A stretch of 46,663 nucleotides of DNA, from NCBI GenBank assembly GCA_012862495.1, contig BLSG01000435.1:24937-71599 (forward strand), written 5' to 3'. The stretch comes from Thraustochytrium aureum (lineage: Eukaryota). Below are positions 9,201 through 17,058 of this stretch, in pieces. The stretch's first letter is position 1. The number at the start of each line of letters is the position of its first letter. A program made the position numbers and the translations under genes. The notes under the pieces were generated by a model. The model had not been told where the DNA came from, ran no database searches, and saw only the letters and a program-made list of their open reading frames with translations.

Positions 9201-10006
9201 CCCGGTGTTTCGGCTGGGCGCTTCAAGGATCTCGAGGTGCCCGATTTGAAGACACTGCCACTGGGGTTGCACCCACCGCCCACAAGTCCCCTCTCGTCCT
9301 CTTCGCACCGCCAAGCTGCGCAGTTTTCCTCGGAGGGGGAGCTCGAGTTCGACCTGCACTTGCTGCTCACGCTCCCGGTCCTGGTTGTGGCATTGCTTCC
9401 CTCTGGCGGACTGGCAGTTCCGGTTGCCCTCGTAGCCCCAGCTCTGTTTGTCGCCCCGGCTTTGTTTGTCGCCCCAGCTTTGCTTGGGCCAGTGCTGTGC
9501 TTTCCACTCGGGCCAGCAGCCACAGTGGCACCTCGCTCAGGTACGCTTGCCTGTCTCGCGCTCCAGCGTCCAGCTTGATCGTCGGTNNNNNNNNNNNNNN
9601 NNNNNNNNNNNNNNNNNNNNNNNNNNNNNNNNNNNNNNNNNNNNNNNNNNNNNNNNNNNNNNNNNNNNNNNNNNNNNNNNNNNNNNNNNNNNNNNNNNNN
9701 NNNNNNNNNNNNNNNNNNNNNNNNNNNNNNNNNNNNNNNNNNNNNNNNNNNNNNNNNNNNNNNNNNNNNNNNNNNNNNNNNNNNNNNNNNNNNNNNNNNN
9801 NNNNNNNNTTCGGCGTCCTCGCTACGCTCGTTGCTGCGCTCCCCAGCGCCTTTCCAGCCGCCGTTTCTCGACGTCGTTGAGGAGACAAACGTAAAGGCAG
9901 AGTTGACTCCTCGCGCGCCCCTCAGCTGCTCGCTCCCCTGTGCGTCTGATGAGGCGGCGGCCTTGGCTTGCAGCCGCTCTGACGGTACTCTTGCAGCGAG
10001 GCTCAT
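6284..10006 (-). CDS. R2R3-MYB transcription factor fused to a CRC (two tesmin/TSO1/LIN54-like CXC) domain
   Basis: MYB repeats at about 8775-9070 (GAWSKDED...WTAIA...[16 protein letters not shown]...[23 protein letters not shown]). CXC motifs at about 6560-6845 ([60 protein letters not shown]). One open frame joins them. The start is uncertain because of the gap 9587-9808. Confidence 0.9.
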   Translation of the reverse strand: [1240 protein letters not shown]

Positions 10007-10637
10007 CGCCCTCACGGCGGTCTACACAGCGGCAGGCGCGCAGGCCGCGAGGGCCCTCGACCGTCTTCGTCCTGCCGTAGGCTCCGCGCCCTCTCGCACG
10101 CCCTGGGCGGCCGCTCTTGCCGCCGCTGCACAGCCGCTCGCAGTGGCTCCTGGCCGACGTTGATGGTCTGCTCGCTCTGGACGAAAAAAACTAACTCAAA
10201 AAAAAACCATCGAACAAGAACGTCAATCGACTCGGGTTGACTTCAACGATTGACTTGAGTTGCTTGCAAAGTCGAAGCTGCTCTTTGTCGATTTCAAAAA
10301 AGAAACCAGGAACGCAACGCTAGGTAGAGCACGCTGGCTGACAGGCATGGCATGGACCGCCGTGTGACAGGCAAACAAGATGAACGTCCGCTGGACGAAG
10401 AACATCCATCCGCCTTCGAAAGCCCTGCCTCCCTGCCTCCCTGCCTCCCGCCCTCCCTCACGCGAGAGGGGCAGCTTGTGCGAGGGCGCCTGATCGCCCT
10501 CCTGCGAATTTCAAATCCTTCGCCCGCTTCCACCCAAGCGCTGCAGAGGACGGCAGTGCACGGCGCAGCAGGGGAAAAATCTTCCTTCCTTCCAAACCCA
10601 CACACGGCCTCCGTCCGTCCCCCTTCCTTCCTTGCCC

Positions 10638-10726
10638 TCTGTCTGGCCTCTGTCTGATCACCGTCTGATCTCCGTCTGACCTCTGTATGGCCTCTGTCTG
10701 ACCCTCCGTCTGGCCTCTGTCTGGCC
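10638..10726. repeat. Imperfect ~11-bp minisatellite, about 8 copies of tctgtctggcc variants
   Basis: tctgtctggcc tctgtctgatc accgtctgatc tccgtctgacc tctgtatggcc... between two divergent genes. Confidence 0.8.
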
Positions 10727-10843
10727 TTTGGAAATCCGTTCGCGTGTTCATGTGCATGTGACACGACGCACACGAGAAGCGAGCAATCATCGCTCCTCCG
10801 AGCCCTCGCGCAGCCGGTCAGGCTGGCCGGAGGCGTGCTGAAG

Positions 10844-13800
10844 ATGGAGCTTGCCAACGCGGAGCGGGCCCTGGCTCCTGGGACGCGGCGCGCAACCATG
10901 CTGGCGGCCCGGCTCGCACGCGAGGAGCTCGGCGGGAGGCACGCCGAGGACTTTGACCGGCTGGTCTTGCGGATGAACAACCAGCGCAACCAGGAGCCGT
11001 GGCCCTCGAAGCGCAAACGAAAGCGGGGCCGGAGGCACTTGGCGCCGCCTGGAGGCCTGGCTGGAGAAGGACTATTCATGGGCGCAGAGGAACGCGAGAG
11101 AGCACAAGCTGCACAGCGTCGATGCACAGCCGTGATATACGAAGACCTTGCCGCACTGCAAGCCAACAAGCGCGAGGTGGATCTCAGCGATCACGTTGGC
11201 TCACTGAGCGACCAGACGCTGTGGGAACTTGGAGAAATGTTTGCAGGATCAGAGTCGCTCCGCATTCGAGGGTGGAAACGCGTTTCGATCGCCGGGCTAC
11301 GCTCCATTGCACTAGGGTTTGGAGATCGACTTGCAAGTCTTGACCTCTCGGACTGCCCACTCACCGACGAGATGGCGGCGATGCTGGCCGCTCGGTTCTT
11401 CAACCTTCGCAGCCTCGTGCTGAGGAGCTGCCCACTGCTGACCAACAGCGCGATACGCTCTGTTGCAGAGGCTACCAACCAGTCTCTGACCTTGCTTGAT
11501 GTCTCGTCCTGCACGCAGCTGACAGAGGAATCCCTTATGTGGCTTGCAGGCCAAAACGGCCCAGCGGCAGTGCCGTGCTCGCGTCTTGTCTCGCTCTCTT
11601 TGGAAGGGTGCGCAGGCATTCGGGACAGGGGGCTAGTTGGCCTTGGTCGGGGGTGCAGGAGGTTGACTTTTGTAAACCTAGCCGGCTGCTCAGCCGTGAC
11701 AGATCGCGGCGTCAAAGGTCTCGTCGCACTCGGGGCGAGGCTGCAAATCATCAACCTGGCGGGCTGCTTGCTTCTCACGGACGCCTCCCTCGCCGCGCTC
11801 GGGAGCTCGTGCGCAGAGTCCTTGCGCTCGCTTAATTTGTCGCGATGCGTCAGAGTGACAGACGCAGGGCTGGAGGCCCTTGTAGCTTGCCGAAGATTGC
11901 AAAGTGTCAACCTTGCCGGCTGTGCCGAGGTCAGCGAGCTCGGCATATTCTTTCTCGTCAAGCACAACAAGGCCATGCAAACCCTCAACGTGAATGGATG
12001 CGAGCTCATCAGCCGCCGTGGCCTTCAAGAGATGCTCCGTGGGCTCCCGTTTGTCGAGCTCGCAGAAAGTTATGCTGGCTTCAAACCCAAGGGCCGCGCA
12101 GCTCGCCTCAAGATGGAAGCCCAGGCCCAGATTGTGCAAAACACTGCCGCTGAACGAATCACCGCTGCGCTGCGCGGACACGGCGAGCGCCTTCTGCTCG
12201 CTAGGGATCGAGAGGCGGCACGCCGGCGCGCCGCTGCCGAGAGGCTGCAGTGCTGGTACCGCCAAATCCTTGCAAGAACGATGTATGTCGGAGTGCTCCT
12301 GCGCCGTGCAAAGAGTGAAGCTGCCTCAAGGTTGCAAACCTGGTGGCGGCAGCGCCTTGGGCGCTTGCTCTGCCTCCTGCGCAGGGCTCAGCACAAGCAG
12401 AACCGCGTTCTGTCTGTGTACGCGGTCAAGATTCAGGCTGCTTTCCGAGGAAAAGTTGCGCGAGAGGTCAACCCAGAGGTCAACGAGGCGATCTCGATGC
12501 TCAAGGAGGCTCGATGGGCAGAATCGCTTTGCGCGGTCGTAGTGCGTGCTCAAGCGATTGCACGTGGGCGGATCTCAAAGGTGCTGCACGCTGCCAAACG
12601 TGAGGAGCTCTCACAACGATCGCGTGACATGGTTTTCGCAGCTGTGCGCGTCCAAGCTATTGTCCGGGCACTGGTCTGCAAAAAGCGTGTCGCAAGGCGC
12701 CGACAGTGGTACAAACGGCACTTTGCCAAGCAGCTGCGGGCGGCGACGAGTATCCAAAAGGTCGCGCGTGGCTGGATTGGAAAGCGCAAATTCCGAACCG
12801 CCTGGCTCGAACGCGAAGCAGAGCAACTTCGCGCGGCGAACGCAGCCACAGCAGTTCAGCGGATGCGGCGAGGCCAGCTCGGCAGAGCGGCCTACAAGGC
12901 CAAACTCGAACTGCGCGCGCGACAAAACGCTGCTGCAAACGGGCTCCAGCGCGTGTTCAGGGGCTCGCGCGTCCCGCGCTGGCAGCAGCTGCGCCTCCAA
13001 CATGCCAAGGCGTGCATCCGCGAGCGAGCGCAAGCCCTTCACGAAAGAGCAGTGCGAACGGTTCAGGAACGGGTAGAGCTGCGAGAAATGGGGTTTGGCC
13101 ATGACTCGGCTTCCGAAGACGAGCACATTCGCGAGCTGGGCGGTTTTGTCGAGGACGACGAGGAGGACGACTGGCAGGAGCACTGGGACGAGACCCTGCA
13201 ACGCGTCTTTTTCTTTTCCCCAAGTCGCAATGTGCGGACGTTTGAGCCATACGGGGAGGGCAGCTTTGACGAGGCCCTAATCGACAAGTACGTAAAGGTG
13301 CATGACCCGAGCACTGGGCAGTGGCGCCAGGGCGTTATCACAAAGCTGAACCGAAACAAACGCAAGCACCGGATCGAATACTCGGAGCCTGGGTTGGGGG
13401 AACGTGACCAACATCATGAGTGGGTGTACGTCCGGGAGAATGAGAGCCGATTGCAAGTATACGACGAGGAGGCTGGCACCTGGGGCATGATGCGCAGCCT
13501 TCGAGTTGCCTACCAGCAGCTGCAAAAGGCCCTCAAGGCGGAGATCGACGAGCTGAACGCTTCGTTGTCTGCGGGCCAACCCGCGTCCGAGTCATCCAGC
13601 TGGTTTTCTACTGACGAGACATCGACAGAGGTATACTCGGTGTTGCAGAGCCACTCAGCGGGCGAGCAAAACCAACCCGTTCACGTCCCGATGGAAGCAA
13701 GTTGGGATGATGGAAGCCTTGGTATCGCGTCGTCGCAGCTCGAGTCGGGTGGAACCGTAGAGCGCCACTGGGACCAAACGTCAGGGCTCTACTATTACTA

Positions 13801-13846
13801 CAACGCTGTCACAGGGGAGTCAACGTGGGAGAACCCCGAACAGTAA
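10844..13846 (+). CDS. Cys-containing (AMN1/FBXL-type) LRR protein with multiple IQ motifs, two WW domains and a Tudor/SH3-like segment
   Basis: Repeats such as LTFVNLAGCSAVTDRGV and LRSLNLSRCVRVTDAGL. IQ motifs IQAAFRG, IQKVARG, VQRMRRG, LQRVFRG. WW motifs WQEHWDETLQRVFFFSP and ERHWDQTSGLYYYYNAVTGESTWENP. Tudor-like LIDKYVKVH...WRQGVITKLN..KRKHRIEY. Confidence 0.85.
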   Translation: MELANAERALAPGTRRATMLAARLAREELGGRHAEDFDRLVLRMNNQRNQEPWPSKRKRKRGRRHLAPPGGLAGEGLFMGAEERERAQAAQRRCTAVIYEDLAALQANKREVDLSDHVGSLSDQTLWELGEMFAGSESLRIRGWKRVSIAGLRSIALGFGDRLASLDLSDCPLTDEMAAMLAARFFNLRSLVLRSCPLLTNSAIRSVAEATNQSLTLLDVSSCTQLTEESLMWLAGQNGPAAVPCSRLVSLSLEGCAGIRDRGLVGLGRGCRRLTFVNLAGCSAVTDRGVKGLVALGARLQIINLAGCLLLTDASLAALGSSCAESLRSLNLSRCVRVTDAGLEALVACRRLQSVNLAGCAEVSELGIFFLVKHNKAMQTLNVNGCELISRRGLQEMLRGLPFVELAESYAGFKPKGRAARLKMEAQAQIVQNTAAERITAALRGHGERLLLARDREAARRRAAAERLQCWYRQILARTMYVGVLLRRAKSEAASRLQTWWRQRLGRLLCLLRRAQHKQNRVLSVYAVKIQAAFRGKVAREVNPEVNEAISMLKEARWAESLCAVVVRAQAIARGRISKVLHAAKREELSQRSRDMVFAAVRVQAIVRALVCKKRVARRRQWYKRHFAKQLRAATSIQKVARGWIGKRKFRTAWLEREAEQLRAANAATAVQRMRRGQLGRAAYKAKLELRARQNAAANGLQRVFRGSRVPRWQQLRLQHAKACIRERAQALHERAVRTVQERVELREMGFGHDSASEDEHIRELGGFVEDDEEDDWQEHWDETLQRVFFFSPSRNVRTFEPYGEGSFDEALIDKYVKVHDPSTGQWRQGVITKLNRNKRKHRIEYSEPGLGERDQHHEWVYVRENESRLQVYDEEAGTWGMMRSLRVAYQQLQKALKAEIDELNASLSAGQPASESSSWFSTDETSTEVYSVLQSHSAGEQNQPVHVPMEASWDDGSLGIASSQLESGGTVERHWDQTSGLYYYYNAVTGESTWENPEQ

Positions 13847-14025
13847 GTAGTGTGCGCGACGAGCAAGCCATTCTTGCGTGCACGCCGTTCCGACGCTCGC
13901 TTGCAATGCTCGCCTGTATGGGTTGTCGGGAAGCCAAAGTCATCAACCAGAGGCGAAGAAAACCAAGCGAGAAAAACCCGTTGCACTTTCTATTTCGGTT
14001 TGGTGCGTGCTGACGCAACAGCGCG

Positions 14026-15791
14026 TCACTTGGCAACCTCCAGAGCGGACGGGTATGAAAGCCACCCGCCTGTAATGTTCTTGACATCGTCAAAACCGAG
14101 CTGTTGCAGGATGCGGCACGCGAGGTATCCTCGGATTCCGACCTGGCAATACACTAGTACTGGCTTGTCTGTGGGCACCTTGGCCAGATTGTCGCGCAAC
14201 TCGTTGACGGAAATGTTGAGCGCCCCAGGTGCATGGCCTCGGTCAAACTCGTCAGGGGTGCGGCAATCCAACAGAGTTGCCTCGTCCCTTTCATGCTGCT
14301 TCAAGGCTTCCGGCCAGTGGGCCACAGACTGAAGACCCCGTAGCGTGTTGGCAGCGACCATCCCAGCAAAGTTGATTGGGTCTTTCGCGCTCCCGTACTG
14401 CGGGGCGTAGCATAGATCGACCTCTTCAAGGTCGTAAACCGTTAGACCCGCCTGGATTGCAACGCTAAAGACGTCTACGCGCTTGTCAACGCCCGCGCTG
14501 CCACCCACAACCTGGGCGCCCAGCACCTTGCCACCTTCAGGCGAAAACAGTAGCTTGATGTGCATTTGGTGCGCGCCTGGGTAGTACGAGGCGTGGTTGC
14601 TCGGGTGCAAGTAAATGTACTCGTACGGGATCCCGGCACGGCGGAGCGACTTTTCCGAGGCGCCGGTCATTGCAATCGTGCAGTCAAAGAGACCACAAAT
14701 GGCGGTCCCTTGCGTTCCGCGAAACGCGGACGGCTCCGCGCCAAAAATGTTGTTGGCGACGATGCGCCCCTGACGGTTGGCAGGCCCCGCCAAGGGAACG
14801 ATACCCTNNNNNNNNNNNNNNNNNNNNNNNNNNNNNNNNNNNNNNNNNNNNNNNNNNNNNNNNNNNNNNNNNNNNNNNNNNNNNNNNNNNNNNNNNNNNN
14901 NNNNNNNNNNNNNNNNNNNNNNNNNNNNNNNNGTGCTTATCCACGACGATCCCGCCGCGCTCGCCAATTGTAATCCCAGCAGAGCGGGCGAGGCCAAGAG
15001 CGGGCCGAACCCCGATCCCGAGGATGACAAGGTCGCAAGGGAATCTCGTCCCAGCCGCGGTGACCACAACTGTCGAGCACCCGTCCTCTCCGCCAGGACC
15101 ATCCTCGAAAGCGGCGACGCGCTCGCCGAGATAGACACCCACCTTGTGCTTGGCCAGTACGGGCTCCACAAGAGCCGCCATCTCAGGGTCGAGCGGGCCC
15201 ATGATCTGCGGCAGCCCCTCGATAAGGTCGACGGCGCAGCCGAGGCCGACGAGGTTCTCAACCATCTCGAGCCCGACAAAGCCTGCCCCGACGACGGCCG
15301 CGCGTTTGGCTTTGGTGCGCTCAATGTGCTCTTTGATGTGGCGAGCATCGGGGATATCGCGCACGGAGAACACGGAGGCCTTGTCGATGCCAGGAAGAGG
15401 TGGGCGAATTGGTTTGGAGCCTGTGGCCAGCACAAGATAGTCGTACTCGATCTCGTGCTCCTCGCCCGAGGCGTAGTTCTTGAGGCGCACCACACGCTTG
15501 GCCGCGTCGACGCTCAAAGCTTCGGTTTCGACCATTACGTCGATGCCAAACCGATCACGGAACAGCGCTGGCTTGCTGACCAGCAGCTTGTCCTCGTCGT
15601 GGATGACATCGCCAACGTAGTATGGGAGGCCGCAGTTTGCAAACGACACGTAGGGTCCCTTTTCGATCATCGTGATTCTTTGCTGTCTCGCTGAGCCGTC
15701 TGCACCGTGCAGCGCACGAGGCGCCAGCGGCAACGCCGCCGACGATCACGACACGCGCGTCGTGCCTTGGCTTGCTCTCGGACTGGCCCAT
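14026..15791 (-). CDS. CoA-disulfide reductase / NADH-dependent persulfide reductase with C-terminal rhodanese domain (CoADR-RHD/Npsr-like); one apparent frameshift near 15677 and a gap 14808-14932
   Basis: VVIVGGVAAGASCAARCRRL (FAD), SFANCGLPYY (redox Cys), YDYLVLATGS, VVGAGFVGLEMVE (NADH), PLAGPANRQGR, DLCYAPQYGSAKDPIN, and rhodanese LLDCRTPDEF...GALNI...VYCQVGIRG. Confidence 0.92.
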
Positions 15792-16289
15792 CTTGCTTTC
15801 CCGCTCCGTGGCTTGGTCTTCTTCGGCCCTGCAGCGTTTGGTGCAGCGCGGTCCTCAAGCTTTGCTTCGATCTCGTCAACGTCGGGCATTCGAGCGCGGG
15901 GATTCGAATCTCATCCTTCACCTCCGCACCTGCACGGCAAGGGGCAGGCGGGTGGGCAAGGGTGAGCCGCATCCTCGGCATATCTTTGAACCAATCCACC
16001 AGCGTCGCCGATCTACATACACATCTGCCCGATCGCCCGACAGGTGTGTCGTTTTTGAGTGACGAAAAGTGTGGTGCGCAAGGTGAGACCACCTCCGCAG
16101 AGCGGTCTCGCGACGCGATGCCGCTCTGTCGGCGTTGCCGCCGTGGCTGGCCGGGTTTCGCGCGGCCGTCGAGATCTCGTGCTTCCCGCCGCTGCACGGC
16201 TTGGCAGCGCCGCTCACGACACGTCGCGGCAGCAAACCCGCCAACGCTGCTCAGAATGGCATTCAACGAGTGCAGGCGGGGGTCGGGCT

Positions 16290-16670
16290 CCAAATGACGA
16301 AGAAACGAAGCCGATTCGCAACTTTCTATGAAGCCGGTAGTCGAGTATCGAAGCCGCCGTCAAGCGCTGCGTGGCGGATTTGGGAGCGCGATGGCAGGCT
16401 CAAAAACGACCCCTCGCTTTACAGCGCGAGCCTTCCTGTCAGAGCTCCGCGACAAGGAAAACGAGTTCCGCAACGAGGAGCAGAAGCTGCTGGACGAGAA
16501 GAAGAGACCAGCGCTTCGGTGGATCGGACGCCTTGTCCTTACTGCAAAGCGGCAGGCAACTGGACGATAACACCAGGAAAGCTGAAGTCATGCACAACCG
16601 GCTTGTCCAGCCGACAGTGGCGCAAGCATAGAATTCACTTTCCAGGTGATTGTGCATTTGCATTGGACGT
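16290..16670 (+). pseudogene. Possible decayed coding remnant (gag-like?) with a CxxC...HxxxxC motif
   Basis: Protein-like fragments in different frames: SIEAAVKRCVADL, FLSELRDKENEFRNEEQKLLDEKKR, TPCPYCKAAG...HFPGDC. No continuous convincing ORF. Confidence 0.25.
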
Positions 16671-17058
16671 CACGGAGAGCCTTTGGAGATCCCGGGGGGG
16701 CGACGAGGGAGAACTCCAAGACAAGACCTTGGAGCCCAATCGCCGACCGGTCAGGCTTCTCTCAGCACAACCACTGCACAACAAGAGCCTCACGCCGATG
16801 ACAATGCAGCCCTTCTTCTACCCCTCCTCTGAGGTCCCTACCTACTCTACCTTTTCCTTGTTGTTGCTTGCTTCGGCACCCTGTGCGCCATGCGCTAGCG
16901 GGCGGACAATTCTACTCTGGTTGAGCTCATCGACCACGCGCGCGAAATGGCCTGATTCTGAATGAACCTTCCAGAGTAGATCATCAACGAACTTCCGGCA
17001 CCGAGCGGAATCGACGAGCGGAATCGACGAGGTGGGGGTGCACGGAGGGAACCGAAAT

